Shown: positions 8,283 to 19,148 of the stretch, piece by piece
Layout: each line of letters begins with the position of its first letter
Position numbering within the stretch: the stretch's first letter is position 1
Source: a virus
Taxonomy: Duplodnaviria > Caudoviricetes
Direction: 5' to 3' (one strand)
IMG/VR virus record: IMGVR_UViG_3300021091_000278
Span: 1 to 30,657 of that record
DNA length: 30,657 nucleotides
Program-made: the position numbers and the translations under genes
Notes under the pieces: generated by a model
Database searches by the model: none
Seen by the model: the letters and a program-made list of their open reading frames with translations, nothing else
What the model was told of the DNA's origin: nothing

Positions 8283-8696
8283 GTGATGGATGATTGGAAG
8301 AATTATACAGATAAAAATGGAGATTTTCAGTTAGCTAATTTTTTATATAAAAGCATAAATGAACTAATGAAACATTCTTTAGATATGGGAACACTTTTAT
8401 CAAACGATGCCCACAAACTTAGAGCCTATAAGGAGCAAACAAAAAAACTATTTAAAAATAAATGGTTAGATGTAGCTAGCGCATTAGAGCATTTTGATAT
8501 TATTGAAAAATGTGAATGCTATTTGGGTCAAAAAGAAGTTTATTGTGATATATGCAAAGGATCAAGATACAAAATATCTTCTTATCTATCTCCAGATCAG
8601 ATGAGAGAAGTAAGCACTTTTGTTAATGCCACACAAGATGCTGAACTTCAGGTTAAATTGCAAAAAGGTTTAATGAAACTTTTGGAAGAAATGTAA
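8283..8696 (+). CDS. Hypothetical protein with CxC...CxxC motif
   Basis: ORF within the operon containing KCECY...YCDICKG. Confidence 0.8.
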   Translation: MMDDWKNYTDKNGDFQLANFLYKSINELMKHSLDMGTLLSNDAHKLRAYKEQTKKLFKNKWLDVASALEHFDIIEKCECYLGQKEVYCDICKGSRYKISSYLSPDQMREVSTFVNATQDAELQVKLQKGLMKLLEEM

Positions 8697-8697
8697 T

Positions 8698-8880
8698 ATG
8701 CTCTGCCCTAGGTGTAATAACACCATGGGGTTTATATATAAGGAGCAATTTATTAAAGATCAAGAATCTGATATAATTATAAAGAATGAATATCTTTGTC
8801 AGTACTGCAACAGTTTGGTGATAGAGACTTTTAAAAATGATAGCTTTCATGGCTCAGAATGGATAGATTTTAATGGGTGA
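8698..8880 (+). CDS. Small Zn-ribbon protein
   Basis: CPRC...CQYC, tightly coupled to both neighbours. Confidence 0.75.
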   Translation: MLCPRCNNTMGFIYKEQFIKDQESDIIIKNEYLCQYCNSLVIETFKNDSFHGSEWIDFNG

Positions 8881-9613
8881 ATTAGAAAATATAAATCAAA
8901 AAAAAAGTTTTCTTAAAGAATTTGAATCACTAAGACCAGATTTATTTTTTCCAGAAAATTGGACTGAAGAAGAAAAAAACAAAGTTGTAGAACTTGTGCG
9001 TCCGCAAAAAACAAGAACGTCTATGTTTTCTTCAATACCTATGTCATGCGAAGCATCAAAGTGCATATTTGCTGAGACATGCCCCCTACTCAAAGAAAAC
9101 CTTGCACCAAAGGGAAAACCGTGTCCAATTGAGATGTCTATTGTTTCTCAGTTTACAACAGAATACATGGATCAACTTGAGGTTCATCCAGATAATTTAG
9201 TTGAAGTCTCAATGATAAGAGATTTAGTTGATCAAGAAGTTCAATATTTGAGAAAAACAAAATTATTAGCAAAAGAACATTTTATTCAAGAAAATATTAT
9301 TGGAGTTGATGAAAGTGGTCAGCCAATAATGAGAAAAGAACTGCATTTAGCTGTAGAGCTAGAAGATAAACTTCATAAAAGAAGAAAAGATTTAAGAAAT
9401 CAATTATTAGCCACTAGAGAAGCAAAAGCAAAAGCTGGACAATTGCAGATCGACAGTGCTCAAGCAATATCTGATATTTTATATAAAGTTCAAGAAATTG
9501 AAATTCAAAAAGAAAAATTATTAAAACAAAAACTTGGAACATATGAGCTTGATGAATATATCGAAGCTCAAACCGTAGTGGAAACTCCAGAAGAGCAAAA
9601 TGAAAATAGATGA
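8873..9613 (+). CDS. Hypothetical Cys-motif/coiled-coil protein; terminase small subunit is possible but unproven
   Basis: C-x4-C-x5-C-x11-C motif, helical C-terminal half, located upstream of the terminase region. Confidence 0.6.
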   Translation: MGELENINQKKSFLKEFESLRPDLFFPENWTEEEKNKVVELVRPQKTRTSMFSSIPMSCEASKCIFAETCPLLKENLAPKGKPCPIEMSIVSQFTTEYMDQLEVHPDNLVEVSMIRDLVDQEVQYLRKTKLLAKEHFIQENIIGVDESGQPIMRKELHLAVELEDKLHKRRKDLRNQLLATREAKAKAGQLQIDSAQAISDILYKVQEIEIQKEKLLKQKLGTYELDEYIEAQTVVETPEEQNENR

Positions 9614-12600
9614 CAATTATTTTACAACTGGTGTTGGAAGATTTGTTAGGGGAAACATAAATCTTCCAAGGGGAAACCAAGGTGTTGCTAGTAAAATGAT
9701 AGATCAAGCAGTTTTGGATAAGGTGTATGGAAATTCCGATGATTTTATAAAAAGGTATGAAGGGTTTCAGCAAAGATATCTAAGGGCCTTGCAAACAGAA
9801 TTAGATCCAAGAGCTGCAAGTAGCGCCAATTTAGAAATATTAAGAAGTCAAGGAAAAATAAATTTAAATATTTTAAATAAAACAGCAAGAGATCAGTTAA
9901 GACAAACTTATATTAATGATATTTTGCGCCTTCCGCAAATAATGCAAGAAGTTGGTCTACCAAACATAAATCTTCCATCAGCAAACTTATATAGGCAACT
10001 TTTTAGGTATCAAATTGATACCAGTTCAAGAAATCCAGCAGGAATGTTATTAAACAGCGTGCTGTTAAATGTTAATCCAGAAAAAGTTGGGTTAGACGCT
10101 TTTAATGTCGGCATGGGTAATATTGCTGGACTTAGAACTGTAAAACAAGGTCATAAAAAAGACTTGACATCTTTATTAAGTGGAAAAAAAGTTTACACAT
10201 TTGACGTTGAAACTGCTGGCATTTTTGAAGGCGCACAAACAAGGTCTATGTCTATTGCTGAAATGGCAACAAGTGGAAAAATTAATGTTCTTAATGACTT
10301 TAACTTATCTTACGCATCTAAGCAAATGGGCGGATTAAATGTTGCAACAGCCAATGGCGGATCAATGGCTATATCAGATTTTTTACAGGGTAATACAAAA
10401 GTAATCCCACACGGAGTAGAAGGCGCTGGATTCTTAGATGAATCTTCAAAGTTTATTAATAAATTAATGGAAGCAGACCGAGTTGCTGGTCACAACATAT
10501 ACTTTGACATAAATGCATTATTTAGTACAATGCAACAAATGTCTGGGTTTGATAAGCACGAAGGTGCCCAAAAAGCTATTCAATTATTTACGCAAAGAAT
10601 GAATGATGATGAAGATTTTGTAGTTGACACACTCCAGTATACTAGGGCATATTTAAACGATAAGGTAAATGCAAAACTTTCTACAGCAGTGGGGTCAAAC
10701 GCACAAGAATTATCTAGATTTAGAGATTTATTATATTCGGATGATTTTATGGCAAAAATACATTTTGGTGGATCAACTGGAACATCTTCTGTTGAAGCAA
10801 TCGCTGCAAATACAAACCTCCTTCAATTACTTGAACAAGATATGATAAGCGGAGAAGCTGGGGCAAAAGAATTATTTGAAAAGATATTCCAAGGCACTCA
10901 CATCGCGGATACTGACGCTTTTTTGCAGAGCTACATCGCAAGATATCAAATGTCAGATAAATTAGATGTAGTTGACCACGCAACTAGAACTCGTTATTCT
11001 GATTTAGTTAGAGGAGCACAACAAAAAATATTAGGATCTTCTGCTATAACACCAACAACAAATATAGCAAGTGTTTCAAATTTATCTGAACAGGTTTTTC
11101 AATCAACTTTAACGGAAAGCGGAATGAAAGGAGTAAAACTTCGCACAAACATAGGTGGTCAATCTGGATTACTGCAATTTGATGTAGAAGAAGGCAAATA
11201 TAGGTTTGCAGTGGGCTCAAATATATCCGATATAGATCAAGGTGTCGCTGAAAGTATAATAACAAAAAATTTAAATGAAGCAAGAACTGGTGGAACTCTT
11301 AGGCAACTCGCTCCTGGTATAAAAGTTAATCAATCAGATTTAAATATTATTGATTTAGGAATAAATTACACTCAAGCTCATCAAATAGATGAAATAACAA
11401 ACTTACAAAAAACTCTGGGCGCAGTTGCAAAATCTGCAGATGAAACAAGTTTAATGGCAAGATTAGGTAAGACCTATAAGTTATTTGGTTCAGATCCAGA
11501 AACAACATCAGATGCATTTAGAATTGCAAGGGGCGGTTCTCCTACTGGAGGATACTTTAGTGTTGGGCTTGAAGATTACACGGCCAGAACACCCAGCGCA
11601 CTTGATGAATTTGCAACAGCTGCACAAAAAGCCGCAGATCCATACGCATTTTTAGATGTTAGAAGTAGAGTGTTTAGCGCCATAATGGCTGAAGCATCAG
11701 CTCCATACATAGAAAGGGCAAAAGCTGCAGCTTTAGCCAACGGCACAATAAAAGCTATGAAATACGCCGATCACGGTGATATTATGGCAGAATTTGGTGT
11801 AACCCATCTTAAGGGCGTAAGAGAATTTGATGTAATTGGCAAATTAGGCGGAGACTCAGCTTTAAGGCAAAATATTTTTATGCCACTTTCTGTAATGGAA
11901 AAAGCAGCTGAGAGAGCAACAACAACTAATTTATTAAAAACTGGTTCAGTCAGTTACTCGTATGCAACTAGGCATTCTGGCAATGTAATGAACGCAATGC
12001 TTCATTTGGCGGAAGGGACAAAGAGGGTTGAAGCAAGATCTTTAATGTCAAGCTTGTTTGATTTAGCAAAAGAAGCCACTGGAGCAAACGCAGCAAAATT
12101 AGGATTTGAAGCAGATGTTTTAAAACAACTTGCAGAGTTTCATAATCAAACAAAAGCATTAAAAATCGCCTCTAATATAAATAAAAATGATCTTATTGAT
12201 CAATTTACAGATAGACTTATGACGGGTAGAGTGGGTATAGCCAATTTAGAGGGAGAAGCAGCAGATCAAGCATTTTTTGGTTTAAAAAGAGCTGGATTAG
12301 ATGCATCAAACGACGTTGTTGCAAGAGGGCAAAGGTCTTCTATTATTGACATACTTGGCGACATATTAAGGGTTGGTCCAACCGTGGACGAAAAAGTTGC
12401 ACGAGGTGCAGAAGTGCAAGATGCGCTAAGAGCAGCAAACGGTCAGATTATAGACTTTTTGAACGACTCAGCAGATATTTTATCTAAGGGCGATAATGCA
12501 AGCAAAGCAAGGGCTCAGGTGAGAAGAGCTAAACTTGGACAAAGCCCAAATAAAATGTTGGAATTTTACATTAATAATAAAACAAAAATGGGCATAGCTG

Positions 12601-12869
12601 GATTAGCGTTGGGAGCTGTTGGTTTAGGTTACATGGCTTCTAAAAAATATAGAGAACATAGTCTTTACGATGAAACTCTTGAGCAGCAGCCAACCCCCCG
12701 ACTGCCAACTGGACAAATGATGAATCAATCTTTTCCGATTGACGGTACTATGAATTCATATAGAAGAGATCCTTTGGTAACAGCCGGTGTTGTTGGTAAT
12801 TTAGATAGAAATAAAATAAATCATCATAAAATGGGAAATGATAAATACAATCATTTATTCGGAGGATAA
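9600..12869 (+). CDS. Large putative virion-associated protein with a DEDDh 3'-5' exonuclease domain
   Basis: ExoI YTFDVET, ExoII AGHNIYFD, ExoIII HIADTD, and a C-terminal hydrophobic helix GIAGLALGAVGLGY. Confidence 0.7.
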   Translation: MKIDDNYFTTGVGRFVRGNINLPRGNQGVASKMIDQAVLDKVYGNSDDFIKRYEGFQQRYLRALQTELDPRAASSANLEILRSQGKINLNILNKTARDQLRQTYINDILRLPQIMQEVGLPNINLPSANLYRQLFRYQIDTSSRNPAGMLLNSVLLNVNPEKVGLDAFNVGMGNIAGLRTVKQGHKKDLTSLLSGKKVYTFDVETAGIFEGAQTRSMSIAEMATSGKINVLNDFNLSYASKQMGGLNVATANGGSMAISDFLQGNTKVIPHGVEGAGFLDESSKFINKLMEADRVAGHNIYFDINALFSTMQQMSGFDKHEGAQKAIQLFTQRMNDDEDFVVDTLQYTRAYLNDKVNAKLSTAVGSNAQELSRFRDLLYSDDFMAKIHFGGSTGTSSVEAIAANTNLLQLLEQDMISGEAGAKELFEKIFQGTHIADTDAFLQSYIARYQMSDKLDVVDHATRTRYSDLVRGAQQKILGSSAITPTTNIASVSNLSEQVFQSTLTESGMKGVKLRTNIGGQSGLLQFDVEEGKYRFAVGSNISDIDQGVAESIITKNLNEARTGGTLRQLAPGIKVNQSDLNIIDLGINYTQAHQIDEITNLQKTLGAVAKSADETSLMARLGKTYKLFGSDPETTSDAFRIARGGSPTGGYFSVGLEDYTARTPSALDEFATAAQKAADPYAFLDVRSRVFSAIMAEASAPYIERAKAAALANGTIKAMKYADHGDIMAEFGVTHLKGVREFDVIGKLGGDSALRQNIFMPLSVMEKAAERATTTNLLKTGSVSYSYATRHSGNVMNAMLHLAEGTKRVEARSLMSSLFDLAKEATGANAAKLGFEADVLKQLAEFHNQTKALKIASNINKNDLIDQFTDRLMTGRVGIANLEGEAADQAFFGLKRAGLDASNDVVARGQRSSIIDILGDILRVGPTVDEKVARGAEVQDALRAANGQIIDFLNDSADILSKGDNASKARAQVRRAKLGQSPNKMLEFYINNKTKMGIAGLALGAVGLGYMASKKYREHSLYDETLEQQPTPRLPTGQMMNQSFPIDGTMNSYRRDPLVTAGVVGNLDRNKINHHKMGNDKYNHLFGG

Positions 12870-12873
12870 TTAA

Positions 12874-13398
12874 ATGATAAAAGTAGGTGCAGCGGTTGGG
12901 TTTGGAGCTCTATTTGGTTTGGGCGTAATGAACTCTGCAGGAGAATCTGTAAAAGAAGGCATGATGGAAGCTGCTTTTGGAAGACCTGACGCTGATAGAG
13001 TATTTTTGGGAACAGAGTTGTCGGGAAGGTTTTTAGCTGGATCAATTCTTGGTGGTCCAGTTGGTGGATTGATGAGAGCATCTGCTCCAATGGATTATTT
13101 GAGAACTAATCCAGTAGCACCAACGGCAAGAATGCAACTTGGATCAACTCTTGCTGGTGGTGTTGTTGGTGGAGCTATTGGTGGATTTGGATTTGGCAAA
13201 AAGTTTGGAGTTATGGGAGCTATTGGGGGAGCAGCATTGGGAGCCGCAGCACCACTTGGATATACGGCAAGAAGAATACAAAATAATCAAGATTTTTATT
13301 CTCAAAGCCCCTATGCAAGATCAAGACAGTTGGCAAATGAGCTAAATGCATCGGGAGATATAGTTCTTGGAATGTTTAACGCAAGAGGCGGATACTAA
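12874..13398 (+). CDS. Gly-rich hydrophobic (glycine-zipper-like) protein, putative internal virion/ejection protein
   Basis: Repeated GxxxG segments: LAGGVVGGAIGG and MGAIGGAALGAA. Confidence 0.65.
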   Translation: MIKVGAAVGFGALFGLGVMNSAGESVKEGMMEAAFGRPDADRVFLGTELSGRFLAGSILGGPVGGLMRASAPMDYLRTNPVAPTARMQLGSTLAGGVVGGAIGGFGFGKKFGVMGAIGGAALGAAAPLGYTARRIQNNQDFYSQSPYARSRQLANELNASGDIVLGMFNARGGY

Positions 13399-14768
13399 TG
13401 CCGCTTAATCCATTGACTGGACAATTTGAGGATTATACTAATCCACAGGCCAATGAACCATTGGCAATGAGAATGATAGGGGCTGCCCCGGGAATATCTG
13501 CATCTCTTGGCATGAGTTCTAGAAGAGGCGCAAACACCCTCATGCGTGGAGGATACTTTGACGACGCTACTAGATTTTCTGGTTCAAGGGCAAAGTATCA
13601 AGTATTTCAAGGTAATAACCTTACGTCGGCAACAAGAAAATCATTCTTATTTGGAAGTAGAAGATTTGCAGACGACCTAGCAGCTGGTGGTAGCGGCAAA
13701 ATGGCATTTGCTAAAACATCAAGAGTTAACAACGCATTTTATAGACCAAGAAATCTTAGTCGTTTTCATTCATTAAGTGTTTTTGGAGCATCTCAAGGAA
13801 GTACTTTGTACACCTACGCACAGGGTCATAGGTTGTTTAATAATACACAAAAGTTTGGAATGGGCGCACTAAGAAATGCGGCTGGAGTTGGTGCTGGAGA
13901 AGCTGCATTGGGACCAGGACTTTTTGCAGCTATATCAGCTGGAAGAAGAATGGATTTGCGTGGACCTGGAAACCTTGACGAATTTGAAACCAGAATACAA
14001 AGACTAGCTAAAATGAATAATCCAACCTTAACGCAAGGTAGAGCTGGAATATCATATGCCCAGGCAGCAGCAATGACTCCAGCAGCAAGAGGGGGAATGT
14101 CTGCTACTGCGTATGCAGCTGCAAACGCTGGAACTACTAGCGTATATGCTTCGGGGATGGCTGCTGTTAGGGCTGGAGAAAAAGGTGTAGCTGGAAACTT
14201 ATTGGTATCTTCTATGGGAGGAAAAGGAACTCAGTATCTTGGTGGTTATTTTAGAGGAGCACAAGGATTTGCTGCAGCGGGGGGATTAACGGGGGCATCA
14301 CAACAAGGTGCGCTAAGAGCTGTATCCCACTTAGATGCAGCACTTAGTAGAATAGGTCTTCAAGGACCAGGTATGGGAGCTAGAGCTCTTGAACAAGGAG
14401 TTTTTAAGACACTTGGCACATCGAGCACACTTAGAGCTCTTGGAACTTCAGCTGGAGCAAAAGTACTTGGAGCAAGAGCAGCTGCAATGGCGATACCCGG
14501 TTTGCAATTCGTTGCCGCGGCTTCGTTTGTATATGACTTGGGAAGAATGGCTGGAGAAGTAGTTAAAAGTGGAATCAATCTAGCCCGCGACGCAAACAAG
14601 TCTCTTCAAGGTTCAATTAATAAACCAATATTTGGAATGGGCTACAAAGATACGGAAGCAGCAGCAACATCTAGGGCAAGAGGTGTCATGGCTATTCAAA
14701 ATTCTAGACTAAATGCAAGAAGCGTGCTAGGATCAGAAGCTGCAATGATGGCATCTCATTTTGGATAA
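13398..14768 (+). CDS. Gly/Ala/Arg-rich protein, putative internal virion protein
   Basis: TAATG coupling to the upstream gene, low-complexity G/A composition and a C-terminal hydrophobic stretch. Confidence 0.65.
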   Translation: MPLNPLTGQFEDYTNPQANEPLAMRMIGAAPGISASLGMSSRRGANTLMRGGYFDDATRFSGSRAKYQVFQGNNLTSATRKSFLFGSRRFADDLAAGGSGKMAFAKTSRVNNAFYRPRNLSRFHSLSVFGASQGSTLYTYAQGHRLFNNTQKFGMGALRNAAGVGAGEAALGPGLFAAISAGRRMDLRGPGNLDEFETRIQRLAKMNNPTLTQGRAGISYAQAAAMTPAARGGMSATAYAAANAGTTSVYASGMAAVRAGEKGVAGNLLVSSMGGKGTQYLGGYFRGAQGFAAAGGLTGASQQGALRAVSHLDAALSRIGLQGPGMGARALEQGVFKTLGTSSTLRALGTSAGAKVLGARAAAMAIPGLQFVAAASFVYDLGRMAGEVVKSGINLARDANKSLQGSINKPIFGMGYKDTEAAATSRARGVMAIQNSRLNARSVLGSEAAMMASHFG

Positions 14769-14770
14769 AT

Positions 14771-16618
14771 ATGAACGATAAGACAAAAGCTTTTAGAGAG
14801 AAATTAAAAAAACTTTCAAAAGAAGATTTACTTGAAATAATAAAAAGTGAAGATATAGAAATATATAAACAAATAAATAGAATTGAATGGGTTTTTAAAA
14901 ATAAACTTTCACACATTAACTGGAATAACGGGCAACCAGTTTTAGAAAGAGATATGACCAATGAAGAATTGGCATATTTAATTGATGAGCCGTTTGAGAT
15001 AAGCAAAGAGTTATTAGATCTTGGAGTAAGCGCAGAACAACAAAGGCAAATACATATAGCAAAAGATCCTGTTGTTTGGGCTAAACATTTTCTTAAAGTA
15101 GAACCAAGAGCTTATCAAATATTAATACTACGACATCCATCTTTAAGAAAAGTGCTAAGAGCTGGACGTCGTTTGGGCAAAACATTTACATTAGCCATAC
15201 AACTGTTGCATTATAGTTATACACATAAAGATGGAAGATGTCTTGTTGTTGCCCCAATGAAAACTCAAGTTGAATTAATATATCAAGAAATTCTTAGAAT
15301 AGCTTCTAAAAATGAAATAGTTATGAATTCAATGACAAGAAAAGTAACTAGCCCACAATTTATGATGGAATTTTCTAACGGCTCAACTATTAGATTTTTT
15401 ACTTCAGGAATGAGATCTGGTGGAAAGTCAGACGTAGCTCGTGGTCAAGAAGCACATCTAATCATATTAGATGAAATGGATTACATGCATTCTAGAGACC
15501 TAGATGCATTGTACGCAATGCTTCAAAAAACAGCCGAAGATCAATCGGATAAAGTTATGATAGGCGCATCAACTCCAACGGGTAGAAGAGAAAAATTTTG
15601 GGAGTGGTGCAACAGTAGTAGATTTCAACAATTTTGGTTTCCTTCTTATGTAAACCCATTTTTTAGCAAAGAGCAAGAAGATGAGTTTAGAGAACAATAT
15701 TCTGAAATAGGATATAGACATGAAATTGAAGCTGATTGGGGCGAAGACTCAGAAGGTGTTTACCCAAGAAAATATGTTGATATGGCGTTTATTGATCCGG
15801 GTTGGAAATACAACGCTGAGGTAACTTCAGCTAGATCATTTTTTACTATAGGTGTTGATTGGGATAAGTATGGAGCTGGAACAAATATAGTTGTAGTTGA
15901 AGCGTGCAATGATAGTTATGAAGACGAAAGATTTAGGGGAAGAACAAGAGTTTATTACAGAGAAGAAATACCTCGTTCAGAATATACGTTAACTAAAGCT
16001 GTGGATAGAATAATGCAATTAAATAAAATATTTCAACCTAAACATATTTATGTAGACAGAGGGTTTGGTGAGGTTCAGGTAGAACTGCTACATAAAGCTG
16101 GAATAGAAAATCCTCAAACAAAGTTGAGAGAAAGAGTAAAGGGTATTTCCTTTGCTGAAACAATAGAAGTAAAAGATCCATATACTCAACTTCCAGTTAA
16201 AAAAGAAATGAAACCATTTATGGTTGACAACTTAAGGCAATATTTAGAAAAAGAAAAAATTCTTTTTTCAGAAACAGACGAAGAATTATATTTGCAATTA
16301 ATATCTTATATTGTTGTAAGAACAACACAAACTGGAAGGCCAGTTTTTGAAGCCGGTGGATTAGCAATGGACCACGCGCACGATGCATTAATGCTAGCTC
16401 TTTTAGCTATTACACAAAATTATGGTGATCTTATGAAATCAAATTACGCAACAAAAACGCAATCATTCTCAAACACATTTTATATGCCAAAACCAAGTAC
16501 TTCGGAGGACGACGCAGAACCAAAGCACACATTGTCGGTTGGTAGAGCAAATGCTTTGATGGCGTCTAAAATTGGAAAAATGGCTAGTAAGCCAAAGTTA
16601 AGAAGAAAAATATTTTAG
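14771..16618 (+). CDS. terL: Terminase large subunit
   Basis: Walker A AGRRLGKT, Walker B LIILDE, coupling motif ASTP, nuclease motifs IGVDW, YVD and DHAHDA. Confidence 0.93.
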   Translation: MNDKTKAFREKLKKLSKEDLLEIIKSEDIEIYKQINRIEWVFKNKLSHINWNNGQPVLERDMTNEELAYLIDEPFEISKELLDLGVSAEQQRQIHIAKDPVVWAKHFLKVEPRAYQILILRHPSLRKVLRAGRRLGKTFTLAIQLLHYSYTHKDGRCLVVAPMKTQVELIYQEILRIASKNEIVMNSMTRKVTSPQFMMEFSNGSTIRFFTSGMRSGGKSDVARGQEAHLIILDEMDYMHSRDLDALYAMLQKTAEDQSDKVMIGASTPTGRREKFWEWCNSSRFQQFWFPSYVNPFFSKEQEDEFREQYSEIGYRHEIEADWGEDSEGVYPRKYVDMAFIDPGWKYNAEVTSARSFFTIGVDWDKYGAGTNIVVVEACNDSYEDERFRGRTRVYYREEIPRSEYTLTKAVDRIMQLNKIFQPKHIYVDRGFGEVQVELLHKAGIENPQTKLRERVKGISFAETIEVKDPYTQLPVKKEMKPFMVDNLRQYLEKEKILFSETDEELYLQLISYIVVRTTQTGRPVFEAGGLAMDHAHDALMLALLAITQNYGDLMKSNYATKTQSFSNTFYMPKPSTSEDDAEPKHTLSVGRANALMASKIGKMASKPKLRRKIF

Positions 16619-16626
16619 GTTAATCT

Positions 16627-18192
16627 ATGTCAATTAATAATATACAACAAAACGTAAACGGTTCAAATGATTTTTATTCAGCAGAAAAAGCTGACGTTTC
16701 ATTCTTTGATCAAAAATCACCACAAGAAACGATAAATGCAAGCAAAGTTGGAACTATTCCCGGAAAATTTGAATATGCTCTTAGGCCGGATTATTTTATA
16801 CCCTTAGAAGGGTGTAGAAATCAAATAATGCACACATATAATTTTTTAAATCAAACTAAATTAATTTTAGAAAAATTACTATTAAATATTTATATAAATC
16901 CATTTATAAATATTTCTTTAGAAGAATCACATAAAAAATTGTGGAAAGAATTACAAAAATATAATTCTACACAAAAAAATGCACCGGATTATATTTCTTT
17001 CAATGAATACAAATATGCGGAAAGATCTATGTCCACAAGTGCTAGAAGAATGATAGAACATTACCATCAATCAATTTCGCAATCATCTTTTGCATATTTA
17101 TTTGATTTACGAAATTTACTTATGTTTATGCTAAATGAAGCTTCAAATATAAAAGATATTTTATTGTTAAAGTTTGGAGATGATTATGAAGATGATTCAC
17201 AAAAACAAATCGCATTACAATTTGACTCATGGGCCAAGATGGCGTCACAACACACGCAGTACATTAGGCAGACAATCGTATCGTCCCCAGGCGAAATCCC
17301 AGCTCCCGAATTGGATAAGACAACAAAAAAACAAGCAGTTGAATTCCAAGCGTTTTTTTCAATTAAACTGAATGCGTTGCATGATGAAACTAAAAATATT
17401 TTAGAATCTTTAAAACGAGATTATGTTGATAATTGCGATATCTTTTATCAAAGATATTTAATTCAATCTATTGATTTTAAAAATCAAATAGTTTCTTCAA
17501 TGGAATTAGATTATTATACAACAGCTCTTTCAAAAGAGTTACCGGTAATGACACAGGAACTATTATCTGCAACCAATATTATTAACTCAAACTTTGGAAT
17601 GATTTTGGCAGATATGATACAGAGAAATAATGTTATTAATTTTAATGTAGAAAAGTTGTTTTCTCTTGTAATAAGCAAAAGAAAATACTCAAATTATATA
17701 TATCAATTATCTCATAAGGGCCAACCAAAACCAGTCATTATTAAATCTGTAAAAAAAGATGAATACGCTAAAATATTTGATTTAACTTACCAAACATATA
17801 GAACAGAAAGTGATTTGATTTCAAGTCATTCTAGTTTAGATGATTTAACAGAAAATCATCATCCTCAATACCTATTAAGAAATGGTGGAATTATTGATGG
17901 AGATATATTTGTGGAAAATAACGCAAAAATAGATGGCGTAAATTTAGCAACACACTCTCATACTGGATCAGATGGTTCAGAAAGAATTAGATCAACAGAC
18001 ATAGACTATCAATCGGTAAGAGAAACGCAAGAATTAAAACCACCACAACCAACTTCCGTAAGTGTTGTTGAGTATGTTACGGACATATTGGATGGCGGGG
18101 TCCCAGCAGCGGATGCTATAATTGATATTGAAATTGATGACAATCTTTTTAATGAAAATTATGATTATGTGATTGAGGTTATTCAAATTTAA
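16627..18192 (+). CDS. Putative virion structural protein
   Basis: C-terminal HPQYL...IDGVNLATHSHTG resembles HxH metal-binding motifs of spike and fibre proteins; sits among structural genes. Confidence 0.6.
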   Translation: MSINNIQQNVNGSNDFYSAEKADVSFFDQKSPQETINASKVGTIPGKFEYALRPDYFIPLEGCRNQIMHTYNFLNQTKLILEKLLLNIYINPFINISLEESHKKLWKELQKYNSTQKNAPDYISFNEYKYAERSMSTSARRMIEHYHQSISQSSFAYLFDLRNLLMFMLNEASNIKDILLLKFGDDYEDDSQKQIALQFDSWAKMASQHTQYIRQTIVSSPGEIPAPELDKTTKKQAVEFQAFFSIKLNALHDETKNILESLKRDYVDNCDIFYQRYLIQSIDFKNQIVSSMELDYYTTALSKELPVMTQELLSATNIINSNFGMILADMIQRNNVINFNVEKLFSLVISKRKYSNYIYQLSHKGQPKPVIIKSVKKDEYAKIFDLTYQTYRTESDLISSHSSLDDLTENHHPQYLLRNGGIIDGDIFVENNAKIDGVNLATHSHTGSDGSERIRSTDIDYQSVRETQELKPPQPTSVSVVEYVTDILDGGVPAADAIIDIEIDDNLFNENYDYVIEVIQI

Positions 18193-18194
18193 TT

Positions 18195-19148
18195 ATGACT
18201 TGGTTTAGATATTTACCTGTGACGGCTAGTCCATCTATACCCAATCAAGATACCTCATATGTATATCCTATTCTTAGAAGAAAAATAAATATCCCTGCGC
18301 TAAAACAAGATATAGAAAAAGATAACTGGTTATTTGTAGATATATCTAATCTATCAATAGATAAGTTTATTAATTCTTTACTGCAAGAAGAGGTAAAGCA
18401 AAATTCATACATAGTTGTTTATGAATCAAAATCAAGTGATGATTATAATTTTATTCCAGTTAAATCGCATATTATTGGAAATAGAATTTATTTTCAAGCA
18501 GCTATTGACCATGAAAAAGATATACAAATTGAAAATCAGTATAGTCTTTACTATAAAACAGATGATATTAAAAAAATTAAAAAAGTAAACAATGGCGTTT
18601 ATGAAGATTATATCTCATGTCCAGAACAACAAGCAGAATTTATAACACAATCATCAGATGTTGATGAAACATCTTTTGACGTAAACTCAAATACTTCAGC
18701 ATTTTATTCGTTTTCTTATTTAAACATTGAAACAGATTGGGAAGAGGGTTTTAGCAAGAACCCTGGAGCAAAATTAATTGGAACTTTTACCGGTCCACTC
18801 TTTGAATTATTTTGTAATAAAGGTCCTGATTTAGGAAAATTTAGGCTAAGAATAATTTCCCTATCATCAGATGCAACACCACAAGATATTGTTGAAATTG
18901 ATTGGCAAGAAATAGATCTATTTAGTGAAAATAAAAAAGAAAATATATTAGTATTTTCTACGGATGATTTATATTATAAAGATTATATTTTTGAAATAAA
19001 AGCAGATTACGAAAAAAATTCTTTATCCAAAGATGGAAGAATAGAAATAAATTATTATTCATATGCGTTCAATGTTTATGCAAAAATAGATAAAGAAGAA
19101 ATTAGTCCGTATTTATTTGGTAGAATAGTTTCCGGAGGAACAGTTTAA
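18195..19148 (+). CDS. Putative virion structural protein with a C-terminal beta-sandwich/CBM-like domain
   Basis: GAKLIGTFTG...KGPDLGKFRL...IDLFS pattern; coupled to the tail spike gene. Confidence 0.55.
   Translation: MTWFRYLPVTASPSIPNQDTSYVYPILRRKINIPALKQDIEKDNWLFVDISNLSIDKFINSLLQEEVKQNSYIVVYESKSSDDYNFIPVKSHIIGNRIYFQAAIDHEKDIQIENQYSLYYKTDDIKKIKKVNNGVYEDYISCPEQQAEFITQSSDVDETSFDVNSNTSAFYSFSYLNIETDWEEGFSKNPGAKLIGTFTGPLFELFCNKGPDLGKFRLRIISLSSDATPQDIVEIDWQEIDLFSENKKENILVFSTDDLYYKDYIFEIKADYEKNSLSKDGRIEINYYSYAFNVYAKIDKEEISPYLFGRIVSGGTV

Noticed and set aside
9600-12869. Tape measure protein call for the 1089-aa ORF
   Set aside because: It has exonuclease motifs, no clear tape-measure repeats, and no adjacent tail tube or chaperone genes.
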